Counted from the first letter of the stretch, positions 46,440 through 56,820 are shown. The stretch: 64,000 nucleotides of DNA from Eubacteriales bacterium (GCA_045580835.1 JAZNOM010000024.1:410-64409); one strand, 5' to 3'. Notes: generated from the sequence alone by a model not told the origin. Numbers and translations: made by a program.

Positions 46440-48881
46440 TTGACCAACAGATTTACAAAAAAAGCGCAAAATGCACTTAACAACGCAGTTTTGGCGGCGC
46501 GTGAAATGGGACATACCTATGTAGGCAGCGAACATTTGCTTGTCGGACTTATCTCCGAGGGCGAAGGAGTTGCTGCAAAGCTTCTTATTTCCAAGGGCGC
46601 TGACAAAGAAAAAATCGTTAATACGATAGTAAGCAACATGGGCACAGGCTCACCAACAAATATAAACGCATCCGACCTTACTCCGCGCACTAAAAAAATA
46701 ATTGAAATGTCCGCTTATGCATCCACACGTTACGGACACGGATATATCGGCACCGAGCATCTTTTACTTGCTTTGATTGAAGAAAATGCTTGCGTTGCTA
46801 ATAAGATTCTTGAGGCTATCGGCGTAAGCGTTGCAGATTTGAGAAAAGACGTAATCTCATACCTTGACGGGATGGAAAGCGGCGCAGAAGAAAGCGCACA
46901 CGCTTCCCCCACCGCAAAAGCTAAAAGCGACAATATCAAGGACTGCCCCACGCTTTCATCCTACGGCAAGGACTTGACCGCGCTTGCAAAGGCAGGTAAG
47001 ATTGACCCTATTATCGGACGTGACAACGAAACAGAGCGCGTAATTCAGATACTTGCGCGCCGTACAAAAAACAATCCATGCCTTATCGGTGAACCCGGCG
47101 TTGGTAAAACCGCTGTTGTCGAGGGACTTGCACAGCGCATTGCAGACGGAAACGTACCTGAAATGCTCACAGACAAAAAAATCGTTACTCTTGACATCTC
47201 TTCTATGATTGCAGGTGCAAAATACCGCGGTGAGTTTGAAGAAAGACTCAAAAACGTAATGCAGGAAGTTGCCAAAAAGCCTGACATAATCTTGTTTATT
47301 GATGAAATCCACACACTCGTAGGCGCAGGTGCCGCAGAGGGCGCAATGGATGCTGCAAACATCTTAAAGCCTGCGCTATCACGCGGTGAAATGCAGCTTA
47401 TAGGCGCGACAACTATCAACGAGTACCGCCAGAATATTGAAAAAGATGCTGCCCTTGAAAGACGTTTTCAGTCGGTAATGGTTGGCGAGCCAACCGCCGA
47501 AGAAGCTTTGCTGATTCTCAAAGGACTTCGCGACAAGTACGAAGCGCATCACAAACTTAAGATTTCCGATGAAGCACTCGAAGCGGCGGTAAACCTCTCC
47601 AAAAGATATATCAATGACCGCTATCTGCCCGACAAGGCTATTGACCTTGTAGACGAGGCGGCGTCGAGAATTCGCATTTCAAACTTCACTTCTCCTCCCG
47701 ATATAAAAGACACCGAAAAGAAGATTGAAGAATTAAAGCGCAGCAAGGAAGAAGCAATCAAGGCTCAAAATTTTGAAGAAGCGGCGAAACTGCGAGATGA
47801 GGAGCATGCCCTTCGCGAAAAGCTTGAAAACGAAAAGGCAGATTGGCAAAAATCGCGCGACGGTGCAACGCTTACCGTTACCAAGGACAACATTGCTGAT
47901 ATCGTTACCGCTTGGACGGGTGTTCCGGTAAAGCAACTCGAAAGCGAAGAGAGCAAAAAGCTGTTAAACCTTGACCAAATTCTCCGCGAAAGAATAATCG
48001 GTCAGGACAAGGCAGTTGACGCGGTTGCAAAGGCAATCCGCCGCGGCAGAATGGGACTCAAAGACCCAAAACGTCCGCTTGGTTCATTTATTTTCCTTGG
48101 CCCCACGGGCGTTGGTAAAACCGAGCTGACAAAAGCACTTGCAGCCGTAATGTTCGGCGATGAAAACTCCATGATTCGCATTGATATGTCAGAGTACATG
48201 GAAAAGCACAGCGTTTCAAAGCTTATCGGCTCGCCTCCCGGCTATGTAGGCTATGACGAAGGCGGTCAGCTTACAGAAAAAATTCGCCGTAAGCCATACT
48301 CCGTTGTCCTTTTTGATGAAATTGAAAAGGCGCATCCGGATGTTTTCAACATCATGCTGCAGATACTTGACGACGGTATTTTAACCGACTCGCAAGGCAG
48401 AAAAGTTGATTTTAAAAACACTGTCATTATCATGACATCAAATGTAGGCGCGGCGGCACTCACCGAAAAAACGAAATCGCTCGGTTTTACTTCTAACGCC
48501 GATGCTGAAAAAATCTCGATGGAAAACAATGTAATGCAGGCTCTAAAAGGCACTTTCCGTCCCGAATTTCTCAACCGCCTTGATGAGATAATCGTGTTTA
48601 ACCGTCTTACAGACGAGGATATCAAAAAAATTGCACTTCTTATGCTTGAGTCGCTTAAAAAGCGCATTGCAGATATCGGTGTAACGATTGACTTTGACGA
48701 TACTCTCGTTGACTTTGTTGCTAAAAAAGGCTTTGACGATGTATACGGCGCGCGCCCTCTCCGTCGTGCTATCACAAGCCTTGTGGAGGACTCCTTCTCC
48801 GAGGCTATGCTCGAAGGCAAAATCAAGGCAGGCGACAGCGTTACCGCCAAGGTTACAGACGAAAAAGTTGTATATGAGTAA
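46440..48881 (+). CDS. clpC: ATP-dependent Clp protease ATP-binding subunit ClpC
   Basis: Two Clp_N repeats, two Walker A motifs (GEPGVGKT and GPTGVGKT), UVR linker ([11 protein letters not shown]), GARPLRR. TTG start after GGAGGA. Confidence 0.96.
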   Translation: MTNRFTKKAQNALNNAVLAAREMGHTYVGSEHLLVGLISEGEGVAAKLLISKGADKEKIVNTIVSNMGTGSPTNINASDLTPRTKKIIEMSAYASTRYGHGYIGTEHLLLALIEENACVANKILEAIGVSVADLRKDVISYLDGMESGAEESAHASPTAKAKSDNIKDCPTLSSYGKDLTALAKAGKIDPIIGRDNETERVIQILARRTKNNPCLIGEPGVGKTAVVEGLAQRIADGNVPEMLTDKKIVTLDISSMIAGAKYRGEFEERLKNVMQEVAKKPDIILFIDEIHTLVGAGAAEGAMDAANILKPALSRGEMQLIGATTINEYRQNIEKDAALERRFQSVMVGEPTAEEALLILKGLRDKYEAHHKLKISDEALEAAVNLSKRYINDRYLPDKAIDLVDEAASRIRISNFTSPPDIKDTEKKIEELKRSKEEAIKAQNFEEAAKLRDEEHALREKLENEKADWQKSRDGATLTVTKDNIADIVTAWTGVPVKQLESEESKKLLNLDQILRERIIGQDKAVDAVAKAIRRGRMGLKDPKRPLGSFIFLGPTGVGKTELTKALAAVMFGDENSMIRIDMSEYMEKHSVSKLIGSPPGYVGYDEGGQLTEKIRRKPYSVVLFDEIEKAHPDVFNIMLQILDDGILTDSQGRKVDFKNTVIIMTSNVGAAALTEKTKSLGFTSNADAEKISMENNVMQALKGTFRPEFLNRLDEIIVFNRLTDEDIKKIALLMLESLKKRIADIGVTIDFDDTLVDFVAKKGFDDVYGARPLRRAITSLVEDSFSEAMLEGKIKAGDSVTAKVTDEKVVYE

Positions 48882-48883
48882 GC

Positions 48884-48914
48884 AAAAAGCAGACCTTATC
48901 GGTCTGCTTTTTGT
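48884..48914. terminator. Bidirectional terminator shared by clpC (+) and the GH43 / YcxB-like array (-)
   Basis: AAAAA-GCAGACC-ttatc-GGTCTGC-TTTTTGTTTT. The hairpin contains the stop codon and last codons of the minus-strand gene. Confidence 0.85.
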
Positions 48915-49765
48915 TTTAATAACAAATCAAAAAATTCCTTGTTATCCTTGACAATACGAATTGGTAACACCATCTTATAGAAATCACCTGCCGGCAATAT
49001 CCAAAAACATAAGAACTTATGCGGTTTTCTTATTTTTTTATATTCAATATCAATATCAAGCAAACGAAGCCTTATCACAACAACATCACTATAAAGCAAC
49101 ATAGAAAGGCTCCCCTGATGGTTTTGGCGATAGTTTTCGTACTCGCTATTTGAAGAAAAGTACATCACCGCAAACATTGCGGTAAATATAGCTGCAGGAA
49201 TTAAAAGCCAAGAATTAGAAAGTATGAACGAAAGTACAATAAAAGCAATCGAAAGAGCCAAATAAAGCCAAAGATTATCTTCTATTAACCTTTCATACAT
49301 AATCAACGAATTAATTTCAGCATCCGTTAAAACAAACGAAATTTTTGCAAAAGGTTCTTCTTCGGTTTTGTAGCGGTCTCCGCAATTCTCATATTCCGGA
49401 TACTGAAGTTTCTCTTTTATGCTGCAGCGAAACGGACAACGCCGCTTTAAAAGCAACATAATATCAAACAGCGTCGTATTATGCTTTTCATCATTTCCTA
49501 CTGCGAACGGTATATATGTTCCATCCTTAAAGTACAAAACTATACCTCTACCGAGAACCACAGTTTTTTTGATATCGCGAAACTGCTTTTCTACTGTAAT
49601 TTTTCCATGCTTAAATAGTATTTGCTTTCCGCGTATTTGAAAATGCACAGATACATTTTGTGAAAACTCAAACAAAGGTTGATAAGAAGCATCTACCTCA
49701 CTCATCAAAGTTTGCGCATCTTCGTATGTAACAGAAATGCGAAAAACGCTCTCTTTGTGTGACAC
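48896..49765 (-). CDS. Hypothetical membrane protein, YcxB-like (two central TM helices flanked by soluble domains)
   Basis: 289 aa. GTG start 14 nt after the GH43-like gene stop. Central hydrophobic pair LWLYLALSIAFIVLSFIL / LLIPAAIFTAMFAVMYF. The family call is tentative. Confidence 0.5.
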   Translation of the reverse strand: MSHKESVFRISVTYEDAQTLMSEVDASYQPLFEFSQNVSVHFQIRGKQILFKHGKITVEKQFRDIKKTVVLGRGIVLYFKDGTYIPFAVGNDEKHNTTLFDIMLLLKRRCPFRCSIKEKLQYPEYENCGDRYKTEEEPFAKISFVLTDAEINSLIMYERLIEDNLWLYLALSIAFIVLSFILSNSWLLIPAAIFTAMFAVMYFSSNSEYENYRQNHQGSLSMLLYSDVVVIRLRLLDIDIEYKKIRKPHKFLCFWILPAGDFYKMVLPIRIVKDNKEFFDLLLKQKADR

Positions 49766-49779
49766 TTATTCACCGTCCT

Positions 49780-52023
49780 TTAATTAAGCACTTCTTTTAC
49801 TACTATCAAAATGTCAAGTGCGTTTTCGGTGCCGTTGCCGTCAACGTCAAATCTACCGTTGTACTCGGCAGAAACCGAATGTTTGGCAAGTCTTAATACA
49901 TCAAGCATTGACATTTCACCGTCACGGTCGATATCATAACGTCCGATATATGACGGCAACGGTTGCGGAGTGGTTGAAGGGCCGTTTACCGTAAGAATAT
50001 CAAGTCCGCCGTGCGGATCTTTTACAAATTTCACCTTATCAATACAAGTCTGTCTTTCAGAAACCTTGCTAGTAGAATAGTGCTTATGATAAACCATATA
50101 AAGCTCGGTACCGTCAGGAGAAGGAACCAAAACACCGTCGCCGACACCGCGAATATAAGCATTAGATGCAATAATTTCATTATACTCAAACTTTGTATAA
50201 GGTCCGAGGATATTCTTTGCTACTGCATACGATTCACCGTAATCACCAAGATAATGGCCTGACGCGTAAATCATATAATAGTAACCGTTATGCTTGTAAA
50301 TTACTCCGCCCTCGGCAACTGCACCGTATCCGTCAAGCTCGTATTCAAACTCCGGAGAAATAACCTTTGTAAGAGTACCGTCAACCGGTGTAACAACGCC
50401 GTCATCAAGTTTAACTTCTTCTATCCAAATATGATTTCCAAAGTCAAAGCGAACATAGGTCATATACACCTTGCCGCTTTCGTCAAGATATGGATGCCCG
50501 CCGATTTCGGTAACATCGTGAAGCGGTATGGCACCGTTTTCTTGAACAAACGGTCCATATGGCGAATCGGACGTCGCGTAATATAACCTTTGTTCATTGC
50601 TCAAATTCTTTGCCGCAAAAAAGAGATAGAATACTCCGTCATAGTAAGTAACATTTGGGCTCATGTAACTGCTTATGATGTATTCATCAGGATTGTGAGT
50701 AAAAACAATTCCGCGGTCTGTCCACTGCGAAAGGTCAGCAGAGGTGTACACCTTAAAAATATTATCGCCGTCATTCACACGGTTGTAAAGATAATATGTG
50801 CCGTCATAGAAAAGCACATCGGGGTCGGCACCGCGCACAAGCGAGTTTGTATAAGTTTCGCCCTCATACGCAACAGGCTCCGCCTTACTGAACTCCTTAA
50901 CTCTGCCGCCCTCAAGCCAAAAACCGAATTTGCCGGGTATGCTGTCCTCAAGAGCTATCTCAAAAGTTTTAAACGCTTTATCACCTTCAAAATATGCGTC
51001 AAAAACAACAGTAGCTATACCGTCACACACCTGAATTGAAGCAGGATATTCAGCATCATCGAGCAATGGCACCTTCTTTGACGCAAGCTTTGTATACGCA
51101 TATTTCTCAAGCGAATAGAGCGAAAGAGTTTCTGCAGCCTTATCAACCTCAAAAGCATAGCCGTTACCCGCGTTATCCATGCCGAAGAAAACCCTTGTTT
51201 TTCCTACGGGAACGAGCGTGAAGTCAGCCTTAAAATTTTGTTCAAAGGCAGAATATGAAAGCACATATCCGCTACCGCGCAAAATATTACTTACTACACG
51301 CATGGAGTTAGTTGCCGCAAACGTATTATCACCAAAGGTCAAAATTTTGCTTGTAGTGGCAAATTCATCGTCTTCTATAAGAGTTATCTTGAAATTATCA
51401 AAACAGCCTTTATCGCCGTAAAATTTGCGCAATCCGACAATACCACTCAAAGAATTGTATATGTCAAGCGAGGATTGACCAATGGTATACTCTACACCAA
51501 AATACTTGGTCGCTCCGTCAAGCGAGGTTATGGTGTATAGAATGGTATCACCGTAAACCTCGGCGCAAAGGTGCAAATCAGAAACGTCAATATTATCCTG
51601 ACCCCTTGCAGCATTTCCGCCCCAATCTCCTTCGGCGTTATAAATTCCAAATGCGCCTTTTGTACCGGCAGCACCTACAAACCCCTCATATCCGAAAAAA
51701 TAATTCGGTGTGTCCGCAAGATTTTCGCCAGTAGCACCGATACCTATACCGCCGGTAGAAGTATGATTTAAAAAATCCACCTCTACGCGAAAATGCTTGC
51801 CAATGTAATCACTGCCAAGGTCATATATAATATGCGCAGAGCCGCTTCCGCTTCCGAGAGCAAGCACGCCATCCGACACAGTCCATGCACCGTTCAAGGT
51901 AAAATCGCTTAAAGAATCTGTGCTGAAATCGTTTTCATATATCACGGTTTCTTTAGCGCTGACAGAAAAAGCGAGCACCAAAGAAAGTGTGGCAATTGCC
52001 AACAAACGAACAAATCTGTTCAT
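49780..52023 (-). CDS. Secreted dockerin-containing glycoside hydrolase, GH43-like five-bladed propeller, with two N-terminal concanavalin/LamG-like domains (paralog A)
   Basis: Signal peptide MNRFVRLLAIATLSLVLAFSVSA. ADPDVLFYDGTYYLYNR (first-blade Asp). AEGGVIYKHNGYYYMIYASG (acid Glu region). C-terminal dockerin DIDRDGEMSMLD...DVDGNGTENALD. Confidence 0.8.
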   Translation of the reverse strand: MNRFVRLLAIATLSLVLAFSVSAKETVIYENDFSTDSLSDFTLNGAWTVSDGVLALGSGSGSAHIIYDLGSDYIGKHFRVEVDFLNHTSTGGIGIGATGENLADTPNYFFGYEGFVGAAGTKGAFGIYNAEGDWGGNAARGQDNIDVSDLHLCAEVYGDTILYTITSLDGATKYFGVEYTIGQSSLDIYNSLSGIVGLRKFYGDKGCFDNFKITLIEDDEFATTSKILTFGDNTFAATNSMRVVSNILRGSGYVLSYSAFEQNFKADFTLVPVGKTRVFFGMDNAGNGYAFEVDKAAETLSLYSLEKYAYTKLASKKVPLLDDAEYPASIQVCDGIATVVFDAYFEGDKAFKTFEIALEDSIPGKFGFWLEGGRVKEFSKAEPVAYEGETYTNSLVRGADPDVLFYDGTYYLYNRVNDGDNIFKVYTSADLSQWTDRGIVFTHNPDEYIISSYMSPNVTYYDGVFYLFFAAKNLSNEQRLYYATSDSPYGPFVQENGAIPLHDVTEIGGHPYLDESGKVYMTYVRFDFGNHIWIEEVKLDDGVVTPVDGTLTKVISPEFEYELDGYGAVAEGGVIYKHNGYYYMIYASGHYLGDYGESYAVAKNILGPYTKFEYNEIIASNAYIRGVGDGVLVPSPDGTELYMVYHKHYSTSKVSERQTCIDKVKFVKDPHGGLDILTVNGPSTTPQPLPSYIGRYDIDRDGEMSMLDVLRLAKHSVSAEYNGRFDVDGNGTENALDILIVVKEVLN

Positions 52024-52039
52024 ACACTACCCTTTTCTG

Positions 52040-54274
52040 TTATTTTATCATTTCCGCGATAATTGTCATCGCATCGTTTTCATCATTACGATTGTTGCAG
52101 TCCGCATCATATCTACCGCTATACAGTTCAGATGCTTCTTTTAACGTAAGTAACGCATCGTAAAGAGTTGTTATGCCGTCACGGTTAACATCATAACGGT
52201 AGAAGTTTGAGGCTTTTGCCTGCGGAGTGGTGGAGGGACCGTTTACGGTGAGAATATCGGCACCGCCGTTCGGGTCTTTAACAAATTTCACCTTGTCGAT
52301 ACAAGTATATCTCGGCGAAACCGTACCAACCGCATAGTGCTTATGATATACCATCCAAAGTTCTGTACCGTCCGGCGACTTTACAAATATGCCGTCTCCG
52401 GTACCGTCAATATCGCTGTTCCAAGTGAGAATATCATTATATTTATACTTTGTATAAGGACCAAAAATATTCTCTGCAACGCCATATGCTTCACCATAAT
52501 GACCCTCATAGTGACCTGTTGCCCAAATCATATAGTAAAGACCGTTATGCTTGGTTATAACGCCGCCCTCGCTGATAAATCCGTGTCCGTCAATTTCATA
52601 GTCCTCGGTGGGGGAAATTAGCTTTGTAAGCGTACCTGGAACGGGTGTAGCCTTATCGTCTGCAAGAATTACTTCCTCAAGCCAGATATGGTTGCCGCCT
52701 CCAAAGCGGACGTATGAAAGATAAACCTTTCCGTCCTCGTCGATATAAGGATGTCCGCCGATTTCGGGAACATCGTGAAGCGGAACTTGTCCGTGCTTAT
52801 GTGTGAAAGGTCCGTAAGGCGAATCGGAGGTTGCACAGAAAAGACGGTTTGAGCCTGCCGAATTCTTTGCCGCATAGAAGAGATAGAATGTACCCTCATA
52901 ATAACAAACATTAGGGCTCATATAATGCTGCACATTATGAATGCTCGGGTCGTTTACAAACACAACCTCTCTTGCAGTCCATCTTGCGAGGTCGGGCGAG
53001 GTGTAAACTCTGAAAATATCATCGCCTGAGGTAATGCGGTTGTAGAGATAATATGTGCCGTCATAGAAAAGCACATCGGGGTCGGGCCCCCACGCAACGG
53101 GGTTTACATATGTTTCGCCGGTGATGCTGTCAGTTTCGGCAACGGTTAAATCATTTAATTTGCCGCCATTTAGAATGACGCCGTACTTACCTGCGGTATA
53201 GTCACCGAGTTTAAAGTCAAAACTCTTGAACGCTTCTTCGCCTTCAAAGAACGCATCATAAGTCACCGTTGCAATCTTGTCACAAACCTCAACCGAAACA
53301 AGATGTTCACCGTCATACATAGGTGTATTCTTTACACCCTTGCGGATATACTTGCCGTCAGTAATCTGATAAAAAGCTATTTGCTCATTATCTTTATCAA
53401 TTTCAAAAGCATATCCGTTTTCATTATCCTTCATACCAAACAAAAACTTGGTACTTGACTTTGGAGTAAGCATAATGCTTGCTTTAAAGTTTTCTGTGAG
53501 GGGACTTGAAGAAAGCATTGCGCCGCTGCCGGTAACCGCTCCGTTTGAAAGTTTAAGTCCGCTGTTTGTCTTAAACTCAAAGCCGCCGAAATCAAGTTTT
53601 TTATTAAGTGAAGGAAGCTTATCGTCAGCAAAAACGGTTATTTTCAGATTGTCAAATGCTCCCTTGTCTACATAGAATTTGCGAAGGCCGACAGTGTTTG
53701 AAAATGCACTGTATATATCCTTTGAAGATGTACCGATTTTATATGAAATACCGAAATAGCTTGTTTCGCCGTCCAGAGATGTAACATTATATGTGAGCTC
53801 ATCGCCGCAAACCTCAACAGAAAAATGAACATCCGCCGCGGTGACAACATCACCGCTTACCTGAAAATTGCCAAGCCATGAACCGTCTGCTTTGTAAGTT
53901 CCAAGTGCGGCTTTTTTGCCGTTGTTGCCAAGAAAGCAGTCATAGCCGTGAAACTCTTTCGGTGTGTCGGAAAGATTGTTTCCTGTAGCACCAACCATAA
54001 TGCCGCCGGTTGAAGTATGTCCTATAAAGTCAACCTCAACTTTATATCTGCAACCGCTATATTCTGCAGGGATTTCATAAATAACTCTGCCGGCTCCACT
54101 GCCGCTGCCAAGCATAAGTTTACCGTCTGAAACAAACCAATCACCATTAAGTGTAAGGTCATTCAAATAACTACTCGAAAAATCATTTTCATAGACAACA
54201 ACTTCTTTTGCATTGATGCCTAAAGCAAGGAACGCGGTTAAAGCTGCAACCAAAAGTATACGAAACAATTTCAT
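52040..54274 (-). CDS. Secreted dockerin-containing glycoside hydrolase, GH43-like, with two N-terminal concanavalin/LamG-like domains (paralog B)
   Basis: Start ATG 54274 after AAAGGAAG. Signal peptide MKLFRILLVAALTAFLALGINA. Same domain order as paralog A: GPDPDVLFYDGTYYLYNR, SEGGVITKHNGLYYMIWATG, dockerin DVNRDGITTLYD. Confidence 0.8.
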   Translation of the reverse strand: MKLFRILLVAALTAFLALGINAKEVVVYENDFSSSYLNDLTLNGDWFVSDGKLMLGSGSGAGRVIYEIPAEYSGCRYKVEVDFIGHTSTGGIMVGATGNNLSDTPKEFHGYDCFLGNNGKKAALGTYKADGSWLGNFQVSGDVVTAADVHFSVEVCGDELTYNVTSLDGETSYFGISYKIGTSSKDIYSAFSNTVGLRKFYVDKGAFDNLKITVFADDKLPSLNKKLDFGGFEFKTNSGLKLSNGAVTGSGAMLSSSPLTENFKASIMLTPKSSTKFLFGMKDNENGYAFEIDKDNEQIAFYQITDGKYIRKGVKNTPMYDGEHLVSVEVCDKIATVTYDAFFEGEEAFKSFDFKLGDYTAGKYGVILNGGKLNDLTVAETDSITGETYVNPVAWGPDPDVLFYDGTYYLYNRITSGDDIFRVYTSPDLARWTAREVVFVNDPSIHNVQHYMSPNVCYYEGTFYLFYAAKNSAGSNRLFCATSDSPYGPFTHKHGQVPLHDVPEIGGHPYIDEDGKVYLSYVRFGGGNHIWLEEVILADDKATPVPGTLTKLISPTEDYEIDGHGFISEGGVITKHNGLYYMIWATGHYEGHYGEAYGVAENIFGPYTKYKYNDILTWNSDIDGTGDGIFVKSPDGTELWMVYHKHYAVGTVSPRYTCIDKVKFVKDPNGGADILTVNGPSTTPQAKASNFYRYDVNRDGITTLYDALLTLKEASELYSGRYDADCNNRNDENDAMTIIAEMIK

Positions 54275-54364
54275 TTTCGGACTTCCTTTCAATATAAGTT
54301 ATTGATATTTTATCAATTCTGCAAAAATTCGTCAAGACGGTTTATAAACCATTTGGTATACAAA

Positions 54365-54664
54365 CTAAATACGATACTTCTCAAGGTCTACCCTACCGTC
54401 AACCACCTCAACGCCCTCGGCGCGAAGCATGTCAGCCTGAACGCCCTCTCCGCCAAAAACAAATCCCTTTGCAAGATACCCTTTTGCGTTTACAACACGG
54501 TGACACGGCACTATGCCGAAATACGGATTCTGATGCAGTGCGTTACCCACAACGCGGCACATACGCGGATTACCTACCATTGCGGCAATCTGTGCATACG
54601 TTGCAACTCTGCCACGCGGAATAGTCTTAACCGCGGCGTAAATTTTTTCGTAAAGTTCGCTCAT
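54365..54664 (-). CDS. MGMT family protein (minimal O6-alkylguanine-DNA alkyltransferase DNA-binding / active-site domain)
   Basis: 99 aa. IP.G.V.TY..IA...G.P...R.VG.AL..NP....VPCHRVV. The active-site PCHR cysteine is retained. Confidence 0.88.
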   Translation of the reverse strand: MSELYEKIYAAVKTIPRGRVATYAQIAAMVGNPRMCRVVGNALHQNPYFGIVPCHRVVNAKGYLAKGFVFGGEGVQADMLRAEGVEVVDGRVDLEKYRI

Positions 54665-55986
54665 TTTCTTAGGCTTTCTGCAAGCAATTCTACATATGCT
54701 GTGTCGATTTTCATGCTAAAATCAGCAGTTCTATCCTTAAGAGAGACGGAAAAGCGGAAATATGTATTGTTTTCTATCCAATATGCATATGTTTGAAACG
54801 TTTCAAAGTTAAATCCGTCAAGTCCCCTTACTTGGTCAAGCACATCGGCTGAACACTCACCTGTTTTGCGATTTACAACATATATTCGGTCTGTTACCGC
54901 ACCGAGTTGCTTTGACTCGCGCATTATAACGATGCAATAGTCTCCGCAATCGTATTTGTATTCTATATAATCATTTGGATACTTAAGGACGATTTCTTCT
55001 ATTTCGTCGTGTTTTTCTTCAAGTGCAGGAAAAACTATTTCATACGGTTCCCCATGCACCTCACCTACAGAAATGCGAATCTCCTCAATTTCATTTACCT
55101 TAAACTTCGGCAAATCGCTTACTGTAATATAAAAATCTACATGTCCGTTACCGCCACCGCTTGTAACTGCCACTTCTTTTGCGACATAACCGTTAATTGA
55201 AATTTTCAGCAGTTCATTTACCTCATCATATTTTTCATGCGGTTCACACCTTGGATTTGCTTCCATACCGTAATAGGTAACGGCGTCTAATTCTCCAATT
55301 AAGCCTGACCATCTGTAGTTTTGATAAAAACTCATCGAAAAACGGTATTCATTATCAATACACCACATGGTCATATCAAAGCAGTCGGCGTCATCGGTGG
55401 CTATAATTCCGTCTTTTGTATAAACTACCGAAAATGCACCGACTCCCATATCGTTGTAACCGTTTCTTTCAACGCCATAGGTAAGTGGGATATTATTAAT
55501 ATATCCCCACCGGTCAGGGCTCGTAACAGCGAGACTTCGTTTTTCGGCGTTCCATATTACTTTATAGTTAAAGTCACGCATTTCTTCGGCGTGGATATAT
55601 GTTCTGCCGCCGATGTTGTAGGCTGTAATTGGCTTATTATCAAGATATGTTACAATATCGGTTTCATAGTAATAACCGAGAACGCTGCCTGACGGCAAAT
55701 CCGACTTTCTCACCGTGGGTGGAATACCGTTTTCGGCGTGCTTTATTGAGTTTACTCTCAATGTTCTCTCCTGCGCGTTCCAAACCACATCAAAGCTGTA
55801 ATAATACATATCCTCGGCACTGATAAGCGTCTTGCCGCCGATATTTATTGCGTCTATTTCAACGCCGTTGAGAGTCGTTACTATATCGGTGCTGTAATAT
55901 TTACCTGCGATATCGCCGGATTTTGCGCCGACGCATATTGTCATAAGCGCACACAATACAATAACAAACACAGCTAACTTTTTCAT
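54661..55986 (-). CDS. Secreted hypothetical protein with two N-terminal roughly 55-aa repeats
   Basis: Start ATG 55986 after GAGGAGG. Signal peptide MKKLAVFVIVLCALMTICVGA. Repeats GKYYSTDIVTTLNGVEIDAINIGGKTLISAEDM..YSFDVVWNAQERTLRV and GYYYETDIVTYLDNKPITAYNIGGRTYIHAEEMRDFNYKVIWNAEKRSLAV. The rest is unassigned. Confidence 0.65.
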   Translation of the reverse strand: MKKLAVFVIVLCALMTICVGAKSGDIAGKYYSTDIVTTLNGVEIDAINIGGKTLISAEDMYYYSFDVVWNAQERTLRVNSIKHAENGIPPTVRKSDLPSGSVLGYYYETDIVTYLDNKPITAYNIGGRTYIHAEEMRDFNYKVIWNAEKRSLAVTSPDRWGYINNIPLTYGVERNGYNDMGVGAFSVVYTKDGIIATDDADCFDMTMWCIDNEYRFSMSFYQNYRWSGLIGELDAVTYYGMEANPRCEPHEKYDEVNELLKISINGYVAKEVAVTSGGGNGHVDFYITVSDLPKFKVNEIEEIRISVGEVHGEPYEIVFPALEEKHDEIEEIVLKYPNDYIEYKYDCGDYCIVIMRESKQLGAVTDRIYVVNRKTGECSADVLDQVRGLDGFNFETFQTYAYWIENNTYFRFSVSLKDRTADFSMKIDTAYVELLAESLRK

Positions 55987-56061
55987 ATCAATACCTCCTC
56001 TTTTTTGTGGTAATTCAATTATAACAAAATATCTAGATAAATTCAATAATGAGAATGACTT

Positions 56062-56099
56062 AAAGCAAAATCGGACTACAAAGAGTCCGATTTTGCTTT
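56062..56099. terminator. Perfect 16-bp hairpin, a bidirectional terminator
   Basis: AAAGCAAAATCGGACT-acaaag-AGTCCGATTTTGCTTT. The inner stem is followed by a U-rich run on both strands. Overlaps the esterase stop codon. Confidence 0.8.
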
Positions 56100-56820
56100 A
56101 TAAACTTTGCTCAAACATCCATTTCATAAGGTCCTCGGTGTCGGCAATCATTTTGGAAATGCCGTGGCCTGCGCCCGGGAAAGTTGTAAACTTAAAATTT
56201 TTGTGTCCTGCCGCGGTCAACGCATCGTTCATAATAACAGAGCACTCATATGGCACCGTTTTGTCCGAATCGCCGTGGAAAATCCAAATTGCAGTATCAA
56301 GCTTTTTATGAGCCATTTCAGGGTCGCCGGCGCCGCAGCCGGGAATAGCTGCTGCAAAGCGACCGGGAAAACGCGAAAGCAACTCCCAAGTAGCATGAGC
56401 GCCCATACTGTTACCGTGAATATAAAGACGCTTTTTATCAATCGGTAGCTTATCAGTTATAATATCAAGAATATCTATAACCGCACGCATTTGTGCAGTA
56501 GGTGCTACGGTATGGTCTAAAGTTGTTTGGCTCCAGTCTCGGACTGATACCCAGCGACCGCTTTTAGGGCATCCCGGAGCCAGTAAAATCGAGCGGTTGC
56601 GATAGTCGCTGTTTTCATACATACGCAAAAAATCTGCAAAACGGGAATAGATATGCGAATTATCGTCAGCCTTTGAGCCTGCGCCGTGCATATAAAGGAT
56701 GAGTGGGTATTCTTTTCCGTCTTCGAGTGTATCAGGCATGTGAATTTGATAAAACAATTTGTTGCCGTCATCTGCACTATATTCACATGCATTCCAGCCA
56801 GATTTCAAAGTGTTAAGCAT
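56098..56820 (-). CDS. Alpha/beta hydrolase (esterase / dienelactone-hydrolase-like)
   Basis: 240 aa. PLILYMHGAG, nucleophile elbow HGNSMGA (GxSxG), FHGDSD, GAGH. Confidence 0.8.
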   Translation of the reverse strand: MLNTLKSGWNACEYSADDGNKLFYQIHMPDTLEDGKEYPLILYMHGAGSKADDNSHIYSRFADFLRMYENSDYRNRSILLAPGCPKSGRWVSVRDWSQTTLDHTVAPTAQMRAVIDILDIITDKLPIDKKRLYIHGNSMGAHATWELLSRFPGRFAAAIPGCGAGDPEMAHKKLDTAIWIFHGDSDKTVPYECSVIMNDALTAAGHKNFKFTTFPGAGHGISKMIADTEDLMKWMFEQSL

